DNA of 64,000 nucleotides from Dictyostelium discoideum (Eukaryota): NCBI GenBank assembly GCA_000004695.1, contig CM000151.3, positions 3,232,001 to 3,296,000 of the forward strand, read 5' to 3'. Shown piece by piece: positions 53,562 to 64,000 of this stretch (position 1 is its first letter; each line of letters starts with the position of its first letter). The notes under the pieces were generated by a model. It saw only the letters and a program-made list of their open reading frames with translations, ran no database searches and was not told where the DNA came from. The position numbers and the translations under genes were made by a program.

Positions 53562-54263
53562 ATTTGTTATTAATTATTTAATAAAATGAAAATGAAAAAT
53601 TAAATATAATAGTGCACAAACTCTAATGAAAAAAAAAAAAAAAAAAAAAAATTCTTATTGTTTGTTAGATAATATTTTTATATAATTAAAAATAAAAAAT
53701 TTTAATTAAAATAAATTAAATTATTTCCACTAAAATATTTTAGAAATTCTACACACCCCAGTGTGTTTTTTAATTTAATTTAATTTATTTTAATTAAAAT
53801 TTTTATTTTTATGTTGTTTGTTAAAAATGCTAATAATAAGTAAATATTTTTTTAAAGTGCTTGTTACGATTAAAATTAATTTTTTTTTTAAAGATTTTTC
53901 AACATTTGAAACTTATTAAAAAAAAAAAAAATTTTAATCATTACAAACAATATTTATATTATTATTATTTTTTTTATTTAATATTGATTAATCACAGTTT
54001 ATGCATTAAAGGAAATAAACAATAATTTATATCCGTCCTTATTATTTTTTTTGAATTTTTAACCTTTTTTTTAAAACAAAACTTCTAATGTAATCAAAAG
54101 GTAAAACACTATTTTTTATCAAACCAATAAAAAAAAAAAAAATATAATTAAATTTTTTTATTTTTTTATTTATTAAATTTAAAAAATAAATAATTCAAAT
54201 TTTTTTTTTTTTATTATTTTTTTTTCAAAAAATAAAAACAAATTTTTAAATTAAGTTTACTAA

Positions 54264-56281
54264 CTATAAATTTTTCATATATAATTCTTTGATTTCATAA
54301 AATATTTCAGTGTCACTGACATTATGGGGTAGTTGATAATTTGAATCATTTAATAAATTTGACAAAATTAGTCTTGGAATTTTACCAACTTTTGTTTTTG
54401 GTAATTGGTTAACAATTAAAATTTTTCTTAAGACTGCACATGATTCAATATCTTGTGTAATGATATTATTAATTTCATTTTGTAATTTAATTAAATCAAT
54501 TGATTGATTTTCTTTTAATACTAATACACCAATTGGTACACTACGAATAACTGGATCATAAATACCAATCGAACAACATTCTAAAACTGATGGGTGTTTT
54601 AAAATTGACGTTTCAATTGTATTTAATTGAACTTTTTTATAACCGATTTTAATTTGATCATCTGATCTCGAAACAATTGTATAAAATCCTCTTTGATCTT
54701 TATAACCTAAATCACCGGTATTATAATAACCTGGGAATTTAGAAAATAATTGTTTAAACTTTTCATCATTTTTATAATATGTAGTTGCAAAACCTGGTGG
54801 CATTGGTAGTTTAATTGCAACAAAACCAATTTCATTTGAATTCAAAACTTTACCTTCTTCTGAAAGTATTGATGGTTTTATGAAAATTGATGGTATGCCA
54901 GTGGCTTTATAAGGCATATTTAAAGCATGAACACTAATAAATGAAGTTATGCCAATTTCACTTTGACCAAATACTCTTAAACATTTTATTTTTAACTTTT
55001 GTTCAATGTATTCTGGAATTGATTCTTCAATTACTTCACTACCACACCATATTTCTTCTAAATTTGATAAATCATACTTTGAACTGATGATTTTTCCTTC
55101 AGGATCAGTTTTAATAAGGTATCTAAATACAGATGGGGATGGAAATGTATGTGTTACTTTATGTTTTACAATTGTTTTCCATAAATCATCTTCAATATGT
55201 TTGTTATTTATAATACCACCTTCATACATTACAAATGTATTCCCTACAGATAGTAAACCATAAAAGAAACCGTGAAATGATACCCACCCAATATTTGAAT
55301 ATGAAAATACAATTTGAGGTATATCTGATTCTTTACGGAATCTATAATATCTAATACTAACCAAATGTGGACCATTACTTCTAACAACAGCTTTAGCATT
55401 ACCAGTTGTACCACTTGTATATAGTATATATAATGAATGACTTGATTCTACTGGTACATATTCATAAAATGGTGATTGATTATTTTCTTTAAGTTTTTTA
55501 ATTTCATCATACCAACTTAATGTATTTGGTATCGTTGGTATATCATTTACTTTTTTTAAATTTGTTTCATCCAAAACTTCATTTCTAAATAAAGTTATTA
55601 CATTACTTGGTTTAAAAGTTGATAATTCAATTGCTTCTTTTAAATTTGGTGTAAATGTAATGATTTCATCATTTGATATACCATAGTTTGTTGTAATTAT
55701 TAATTCTGGTGTAATTGTTTCGATTCTATCTATTAAACTTTTAACTGAATAACCATCGATTATTGTACAATGAGTTGCGCCAATACGAGCACATGATAAC
55801 ATTGCAATTAATGGTTCTAATGTATTTGACATATAAATTAAAACAACATCATTTTTTGAAACATTTAAATTTAAAAGTACTCTTGAAAATTCACATACTT
55901 TTTCATATAATTGATAATATGTTAATTTCTCAGTTTTCTTTAAAAATGGACATTCATAAATTATTGCATCTTGATCTCTTTTAGTAGGATTTTTTGTATG
56001 AATGTCTAATAAATTATAACATGTATTTAATTCACCACCTTTAAACCAATCTGGATAAATTTCATCACCACTATAAACTTTATCATACATTTTATCCCTT
56101 TATTTTAAAAATATTAGTTTTTGTTTTAATATTAAAATCTCTTTTTTTATAAAGAAAAAAAAAAAAGATATATTTACCAAAAAACATGCTTTTTTGCCAC
56201 TTCATCCCAAAAATCCTCAGGATAAGAATTTGCATAATTACTGTCATTTACATAATTAAAAGGATCACTAAGCTTATACAT
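54264..56281 (-). CDS. ACS-like adenylate-forming enzyme, paralogue 3. Exons complement(join(54264..56097,56178..56281)).
   Basis: Exon 1 MYKLSDPFNYVNDSNYANSYPEDFWDEVAKKHVFW (donor GTAAAT at 56177), acceptor AAAG at 56098-56099. The main exon has YTSGTTGNAKAV, PKTKVGKIPR and the hinge DQIKIGYKKVQ. Roughly 80 percent identity to paralogues 1/2. Confidence 0.8.
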
Positions 56282-56662
56282 ATTAATTTTTAATTAATTA
56301 AATAAATTATAAAAAAAAAAAAAAAAAAATTTTAAAAATTAATTTTAAAATTAAATATAATATAAATTAAAATTAAAAAATTTAATTATATATAAAAAAT
56401 AAAAGATTTAAATAATGATATATATTTTAAAAAATAAAAGATAAAAAATAAATAAAAATAAATGGGGGTGTTAAAAAACAAAAAATAACCACAAACACTT
56501 CTTTAAACTGTTTTATTATTTAACAGTTTTTTATTAAATACAATTTTCATTAATTGACCAATTATTATAATCATTTTAAAATTTTCCAATTTTATTCACA
56601 ATATTTGAATCTATTTTATATCATTTAACATATATTTTGTAAATTAATTCGATTCAAAATTT

Positions 56663-56702
<40 letters not shown>

Positions 56703-56753
56703 AATAAATAAAAAATGAGTAATAAATGATTAAAAATAGTTATTTTTAACTTT

Positions 56754-58289
56754 TCATATATAATTCTTTAATTTCATAAAATATTTCAATGTCAATGATA
56801 TTATCTGGAAATTGAAAATTTGAATCATTAAAAACTTTGGTCTTGGAGTTTTACCAGCTTTGGTTTTTGGTAATTGATTAACAACTACAATTTTTCTCAA
56901 GACTGCTAACGATTCAATATCTTGTGTAATGATATTATTAATTTCAGATTGTAATTTATTTAAATCAATTGAGTTGATTGATCTTGTTTTTGCTTTAAAA
57001 CTTTTTTTCAATGTATTCTGGGATTGATTCTTCAATTACTTCACCTCCAACCATAAATTCTTTTAAATTTGATAAACCATACTTTGAACGTATAATTGTT
57101 CCTTCAGGATCAGTTTTAATAAAGTATCTAATAGTGCTTGCCAATGACAATGCATGTGTCACTTTATGTTTTTCAATGGTATTCCAAAAGTCAACTTCAA
57201 TATATTTGTTTTTTATAATACCACCTTCATACATTATAAATGTAGATCCAGATGACAACAAGCCTTATAGGGAACCATGAAATGATATCCATCCGACATT
57301 TGAAAATGTAAATAATTTTATATTTTCATATTTTTCTGAAATATATCTGTTAAAGTAATTCATACAAACTAAATTTGGACCATTACTTCTTACAACTGCT
57401 TTAGCATTACCAGTTGTACCACTTGAATAAATAATATATAGTGGATGACTTGATTCTACTGGTACATATTCATAAAATGGTGATTGATTATTTTCTTTAA
57501 GTTTTTTATTTTCATCATACCAACTTAATGTATTTGGTATCGTTGGTATATCTTTTACTTTCTTTAAATCTGATTCGCTTGTAATATCATTTCTAAATAA
57601 AGTAATTACATTACTTGGTTTAAAAGTTGATAATTCAATAGATTCTTTTAAATTTGTGATGAAATTAATGATTCCATCATTAAAAATACCATAGTTTGTT
57701 GTAATTATTAATTTTGGTGTAATTGTTTCAATTCTATCTATTAAACTTTTAACTGAATAACCATCGAATAATACACAATGAGTTGCACCATTATGAGTAC
57801 ATGATAAAATTGCAATTGGTGCTTCAACCGTATTTGCCATATATATTAAAACATTATCATTTTTTGAAATATTTAAATTTAAAAGTACTCTTGAAAATTC
57901 ACATACTTTTTCATATAATTGATGATATGTTAATTTTACAGTTTTCTTTAAATATGGACATTCATAAATTAATGCATCTTGATCTCTTTTTAATGGATTT
58001 TGAACTTGTTTATCTTTATTTTTAGACTTGTTTCATATAAATTATAACATGTATTTAATTCACCCTTTAAACCAATCTGGATACATTTCATCACCACTAT
58101 AAACTTTATCATACATTTTATCCCTTTTAAAAATATTAGTTTTTGTTTATATTTTTTATATAAAGAAAAAAATGTATTATCTTACCAAAAAACATTCTTT
58201 TTTGCAACTTCATCCCAAAAAGCCTCAGGAAAAGAATTTGCATAATTGAAATCATTTAAATTATTAAAAGGATCACTAAGTTTAAACAT
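56754..58289 (-). pseudogene. ACS-like paralogue 4, decayed: intact-looking first exon but a body with frameshifts, an insertion, and a ~200-aa internal deletion
   Basis: Exon-1 homologue at 58186-58289 (MFKLSDPFNNLNDFNYANSFPEAFWDEVAKKNVFW|GTAAGA). The body is fragmented into ORFs 57265..57840, 56995..57261, 56754..57035 in different frames. The 5' end of the body is disrupted at 57980-58130 (caccctttaaacc for caccacctttaaacc, plus inserted ttatctttatttttagacttgtttcat). The region between EYIEKKF and DLNKLQSEINN, which in the intact paralogues holds YGQSE and the hinge, is missing. Confidence 0.7.
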
Positions 58290-58881
58290 TCTTATTTTAT
58301 TAATTTAAAAAAAAAATTAAATTTAAAATTAAATATTAATAATTTATATAATTGTATTAAAAAAAAAAATTAAAAATTATAATTATAATAAAATAAAAAA
58401 AATAAAAATAACCAAAAAAAAAAGTAATTGGGGTGTAAAAAACAAATTACCACAAACACTTTTAATTTGTTTTGTAATTAAGAAATATTTTTATTATATA
58501 AAATATAAAACTTTTCTTAATGATAAAACAGATTAAAAGGAATTTTTACATTTGGATCTCAATTTTTTTCTTTCCAAATATTTTTCTTAGATTACTAATA
58601 CTGCAATATTAAATAAAAAAAGGAAAAATATCTTTAAAAAATTATAGAAAATTATTATAAAAAAAAAATGACTAAAAACATTGGTTATTGTAGAGTAAAA
58701 AATTAAAATATATGAATATTTAAATTTAAAGACAAAACAAAATATGATATATAAATAAAATTTTAATAATTATTTTATTTGCTAATGTTATTATTTTTTG
58801 TGAATTTTTAAAAATAATTTTAAAAACAAAAAAAAATGACAATAAATGATTAAAAAAAAAACTGTCAATTTTTTATAAAGA

Positions 58882-60902
58882 TTAATTTTTCATATATAAT
58901 TCTTTGATTTCATAAAATATTTCAACGTTATTGACATTATCAGGTAATTGAAAATTCGAGTCATTTAAAAACTTTGATATAATTGGTCTTGGAATTTTAC
59001 CAGTTTTTGTTTTTGGTAATTGATTAACGATTACAATTTTTCTTAAGACCGCTAATGATTCAATATCTTGTTTAATTATATAATTTATTTCATTTTGTAA
59101 TTTATTTAAATCAATTTGTTGAATTGATTGATCTTGTTGTTGTAGTTGTTTTAAAACCAATAAGGCTATTGGTACACTATAACAAGTTGGATCGTTAATA
59201 CCAATTGAACAACATTCTAAAACTAATGGATGTTTTAGTATTGATGTTTCAATTGTATTTAATTGAACTTTATTACCACTGATTTTAATTTGATCATCTG
59301 ATCTTGAAACAATTGTATAGAATCCATTTTCATCTTTAAAACCTAAATCACCAGGATTGTAGTAACCTGGAAATTTTGAAAATAATTGTTTAAACTTTTC
59401 ATCATTTTTATATAATGTAGTTGCAAAACTTGGTGGCATTGGTAATTTAAATGCGATTTCACCAATTTCGTTAACACCTAATTCTTTACCATCGTCTGAA
59501 AATATTGATGGTCTAATGAAAATTGATGGTAAACCAGTTGCGTAGTATGGGATATTAATATGATCAAAACAATATAAATAAGCTATACCAATTTCAGTTT
59601 GACCATATCCCCTTGTTGGTTTTATTTTTAACTTTTTTTCAATGTATTCTGGGATTGATTCTTCAATTACTTCACCTCCGACCCATATTTCTTTTAAATT
59701 TGATAAATCATACTTTGAACGTATAATTGTTCCTTCAGGATCAGTTTTAATAAAGTATCTAATAGTGTTTGCCAATGATAATGTATGTGTCGCTTTATGT
59801 TTTTCAATGGTATTCCAAAAGTCAACTTCAATATGTTTGTTTTTAATAATACCACCTTCATACATTACAAATGTAGATCCAAATGACAACATACCATATA
59901 GGAAACCATGAAATGATACCCATCCGACACTTGAAGTTGTCAATAATGTTGTACATTCATATTTTTCTGAAATATATCTGTCAAAGTAATTCATACAAAC
60001 TAAATTTGGACCATTACTTCTTACAACTGCTTTAGCATTACCAGTTGTACCACTTGAATAAATAATATATAGTGGATGACTTGATTCTACTGGAACATAT
60101 TCATAAAATGGTGATTGATTATTTTCCTTGAATTTTTTAATTTCATCATACCAACTTAATGTATTTGGTATCGTTGGTATATCTTTTACTTTCTTTAAAT
60201 CTGATTCGCTTGTAATATCATTTCTAAATAAAGTAATTACATTACTTGGTTTAAAAGTTGATAATTCAATTGCATCTTTTAAATTTGGTGTAAATGTAAT
60301 AATTTCATCATTAAAAATACCATAGTTTGTTGTAATTATTAATTTTGGTGTAATTGTTTCAATTCTATCTATTAAACTTTTAACTGAATAACCATCGAAT
60401 AATACACAATGAGTTGCACCAATACGAGCACATGATAACATTGCAATTAATGGTTCTAAAGTATTTGCCATATAAATTAAAACATTATCATTTTTTGAAA
60501 TATTTAAATTTAAAAGTACTCTTGAAAATTCACATACTTTTTCATATAATTGATAATATGTTAATTTTATAGTTTTCTTTAAATATGGACATTCATAAAT
60601 TAAAGCGTCTTGATCTCTTTTTAATGGATTTTGAACTTGAATATCTAAAACATTATAACATGTATTTAATTCACCACCTTTAAACCAATCTGGATACATT
60701 TCATCACCACTATAAACTTTATCATACATTTTATCCCTTTTAAATATATTAGTTTTTGTTTTTAATTTTTTTTTTTGTAGAAAAATGGATTATCTTACCA
60801 AAAAACATTCTTTTTTGCAACTTCATCCCAAAAAGCCTCAGGATAAGAATTTGCATAATTAAAATCATTTAAATAATTAAAAGGATTACTAAGTTTAAAC
60901 AT
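58882..60902 (-). CDS. ACS-like adenylate-forming enzyme, paralogue 5. Exons complement(join(58882..60736,60799..60902)).
   Basis: Exon 1 MFKLSNPFNYLNDFNYANSYPEAFWDEVAKKNVFW, donor GTAAGA at 60798, acceptor AAAG at 60737-60738. The main exon has YSSGTTGNAKAV, YGQTE, the hinge DQIKISGNKVQ, PKTKTGKIPR and an 8-aa Gln-rich insertion (LKQLQQQDQSIQQIDL). Confidence 0.8.
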
Positions 60903-61183
60903 ATTTTAGGTTAAAATTAAATGAATAATTTATATAATTGTAATAAAAAACAATTAAAAATAATAAATAAAATAAAACAAGATTTGAAAAAAAAAAAAAA
61001 AAAAAAAAAAAAATTGGGGTGTTGAAAAAAAAAAACAAATAACTACAAACACTTTTGAGCTGTTTAATAATAAAAAAAACAAGATTTTAAAAAAAATTAA
61101 AAAAATAAAAAAATTTTAAACACAAATAAAAAAAAAAAAACAATAAATGGTTTTAAAAAAAAAAAACTTGTTTTTTATAAAGA

Positions 61184-63234
61184 CTAATTAATTTTCGTAT
61201 ATAATTCTTTGATTTCATAAAATATTTCAACATTACTGATGTTATCGGGTAATAGAAAATTTGAATCATTTAAAAACTTTGATATAATTGGTCTTGGAAT
61301 TTTACCAGTTTTTGTTTTTGGTAATTGATTAACAATTACAATTTTTCTTAAGACTGCTAATGATGCAATATCTTGTGTAATGATATTATTAATTTCAGAG
61401 TGTAATTTATTTAAATCTATTTGTCGAGTTGACTGATCTTGTTGCTGTTGTTGTTGTTGTTTTAAAACTAATAAGGCTATTGGTACACTATAACAAGTTG
61501 GATCGTTAATACCAATTGAACAACATTCTAAAACTGATGGATGTTTTAGTATTGATGTTTCAATTGTATTTAATTGAACTTTATTACCACTGATTTTAAT
61601 TTGATCATCTGATCTTGAAACAATTGTATAAAATCCATTTTCATCTTTAAAACCTAAATCACCAGGATTGTAGTAACCTGGAAATTTTGAAAATAATTGT
61701 TTAAACTTTTCATCATTTTTATAAAATGTAGTTGCAAAACTTGGTGGCATTGGTAATTTGAATGCGATTTCACCAATTTCGTTAACACCTAATTCTTTAC
61801 CATCGTCTGAAAATATTGATGGTCTAATGAAAATTGATGGTAAACCAGTTGCGTAGTATGGGATATTAATATGACCAAAACAATATAAATAAGTTATACC
61901 AATTTCAGTTTGACCATATCCCCTTGTTGATTTTATTTTTAACTTTTGTTCAATGTATTCTGAAATTGATTCTTCAATTGGTTCACCACCAATCCATATT
62001 TCTTTTAAATTTGATAAATCATACTTTGAACGAAGGATTGTTCCTTCAGGATCAGTTTTAATAAGGTATCTAATAGCGCTTGCCAATGATAATGCATGTG
62101 TTACTTTATGTTTTTCAATGGTATTCCAAAGGTCAACTTCAATATGTTTATTTTTTATAATACCACCTTCATACATTACAAATGTAGATCCAAATGACAA
62201 CATACCATATAGGAAACCATGAAATGATACCCATCCAACACTTGAAGTTGTCAATAATGTTGTACTTTGATTATTTTCTGAAATATATCGGTTAAAGTAA
62301 TTCAAACAAACCATATGTGAACCATTACTTCTTACAACTGCTTTAGAATTTCCAGTTGTACCACTTGTATATATTATGTATAATGGATGACTTGATTCTA
62401 CTGGAACATATTCATAAAATGGTGATTGATTATTTTCCTTGAATTTTTTAATTTCATCATACCAACTTAATGTATTTGGTATCGTTGGTATATCTTTTAC
62501 TTTCTTTAAATCTGATTCGCTTGTAATATCATTTCTAAATAAAGTAATTACATTACTTGGTTTAAAAGTTGATTGTTCAATTGCATCTTTTAAATTTGGT
62601 GTAAATGTAATGATTTCATCATTTAATATACCATAGTTTGTTGTAATTATTAATTTTGGTGTAATTGTTTCAATTCTATCTATTAAACTTTTAACCGAAT
62701 AACCATCGAATATTGTGCAATGAGTTGCACCAATACGAGCACATGATAACATTGCAATTAAAGGCTCCAATGTATTTGCCATATAAATTAAAACATTATC
62801 ATTTTTTGAAATATTTAAATTTAAAAGTACTCTTGAAAATTCACATACTTTTTCATATAATTGATAATATGTTAATTTAACAGTTTTCTTTAAATATGGA
62901 CATTCATAAATTAAAGCATCTTGATCTCTTTTTAATGGATTTTGAACTTGTCTATCTAAAACATTATAACATGTATTTAATTCACCACCTTTAAACCAAT
63001 CTGGATACATTTCATCACCACTATAAACTTTATCATACATTTTATCCCTTTTTTATTTTATTTTAAAAAAAAAAATTGTTATTTTAATTAGTAATTATTA
63101 ATATATAAAAAAAAATAAACAAATAATTACCATTTAATTAATTTCTTTGCAACTTCATCCCAAAAAGCTTCTGGCTCATTATTTGCATAAGTTTTATCAT
63201 TTAAATAATCAAATGGTTCGCTTAGTCTATACAT
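61184..63234 (-). CDS. ACS-like adenylate-forming enzyme, paralogue 6. Exons complement(join(61184..63047,63131..63234)).
   Basis: Exon 1 MYRLSEPFDYLNDKTYANNEPEAFWDEVAKKLIKW, donor GTAATT at 63130, acceptor AAAG at 63048-63049. The main exon is closely related to paralogue 5 (YTSGTTGNSKAV, DQIKISGNKVQ, PKTKTGKIPR) and has a longer poly-Gln insertion. Confidence 0.8.
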
Positions 63235-63298
63235 TCTTTTAATATAAGTATTAATAATAATAAAAAAAAAAAAAACTATTGAATATGGAAGAAGAAAG

Positions 63299-63330
<32 letters not shown>

Positions 63331-63568
63331 AATAATAAAAAAAATGATATGTGATATTAATAAAATAAAATTAAAAATAACTAATAAATTTTATAGTATC
63401 ATTAATTGATCCAATAATTATTATTATTATTACTATTTACAAAACAAATATAAAAAAAGTCTGAATAATAACCACTGACACCCACATACACTGAAAAATA
63501 CAGAAATAGAAATAATAATTTAATAATAATTTTAATTGAAAAAAAAAAACAAACACATACCCAAAAAT

Positions 63569-64000
63569 TCAAACTGTTTTATTTATAAAAGATTCTTTAA
63601 TTTCTAAAAATAATTCATAGTCATTAATATTACTTGGCAAAACAAAATTGATATCATTTAATAATTTTGATAATATTGATCTTGTATTTTTTCCACTTTT
63701 TGTCTTTGGTATTTTCTTAACAACTATTATTCTTCTTAATATTGATGATTATCAATATCATTTGAAATTATCATATTTATTTCTTTTTCTAATTCTTTTA
63801 ATTCAATTGGATTATTATTTTGATTATTTTGATTATTTTGATTATTTTGATTATTTTGATTATTTAATATTAGAATACCAATTGGTACAGTCAAGAATTC
63901 TACATCTTTAATACCAATACAACAACATTCTAAAACCAATGGATGTTTTAAAACTGAAATTTCAATTGTATTTAATTGTACTTTATTTGATTTAATTTTT
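63569..64000 (-). CDS. 3' end of a seventh ACS-like paralogue (partial; continues beyond the window), with an internal frame break and an (NNQ)n insertion
   Basis: Reverse strand encodes ...KSNKVQLNTIEISVLKHPLVLECCCIGIKDVEF...; the poly-Asn/Gln tract comes from (ttgattatt)n at 63820-63860. ...ISNDIDNHQY* sits in one frame and ILRRIIVVKKIPKTKSGKNTRSILSKLLNDINFVLPSNINDYELFLEIKESFINKTV* in another, with stop TGA at 63569-63571. It is therefore either a pseudogene or a sequencing frameshift. Confidence 0.5.

Larger units (their letters stand above)
49790..53580. repeat. Segmental duplication, copy B (paired with 45350..48840), with an extra internal insertion of the dispersed repeat plus a hairpin module
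   Basis: See copy A. Relative to A, B carries 50225-50420 (unique), then a third copy of the 230-bp sub-segment, a perfect 18-bp-stem hairpin (cactacagtagcgtagtgaa...actacgctgctgtagtgaa, 50690-50745) and the repeat-family copy at 50820-51260. Confidence 0.7.

Overview
This 64 kb window has the base composition and structure of nuclear genomic DNA from a dictyostelid social amoeba. It fits Dictyostelium discoideum best. Evidence: extreme A+T richness with very long poly(A)/poly(T) tracts, Asn/Gln-encoding (AAT/CAA)n tracts inside ORFs, and short AT-rich introns with GTAAGT/GTAAAT donors and (T)nAG acceptors.

The window is gene-dense. Recognised or proposed genes:
- a three-exon V-ATPase subunit d gene
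- a two-exon copper-transporting P-type ATPase with a metallothionein-like N-terminus
- a seven-exon G8/beta-helix CEMIP/TMEM2-like secreted protein
- a FAM172/Arb2-like hydrolase-fold protein
- a 7-TM membrane protein
- a small zinc-finger-like protein
- several Asn-rich hypothetical proteins; two large ones are paralogous and one is split by a homopolymer frameshift
- a pair of tandem TPR-like hypothetical paralogues

Three things stand out.
1. In the last ~18 kb, seven tandem same-strand paralogues of an acetyl/propionyl-CoA-synthetase-like adenylate-forming enzyme occur. Each has a conserved 104-nt first exon. One is a decayed pseudogene, one is partial at the window edge, and two sit in a recent ~3.5 kb segmental duplication.
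2. At 13.8-19.5 kb there is a duplicated cluster of tiny genes for secreted 6-cysteine peptides. Two are intact and two are pseudogenes. Conserved downstream hairpins accompany them.
3. A ~1.8 kb terminal-inverted-repeat element is inserted in the promoter of one peptide paralogue, and the empty site is preserved at the other.

A dispersed repeat family with a palindromic core is present in three copies, associated with Gln-rich ORF remnants. No prokaryotic-type systems (CRISPR, operons) are present. All splice models and coordinates come from reading the sequence by eye and need cDNA/RNA-seq confirmation.
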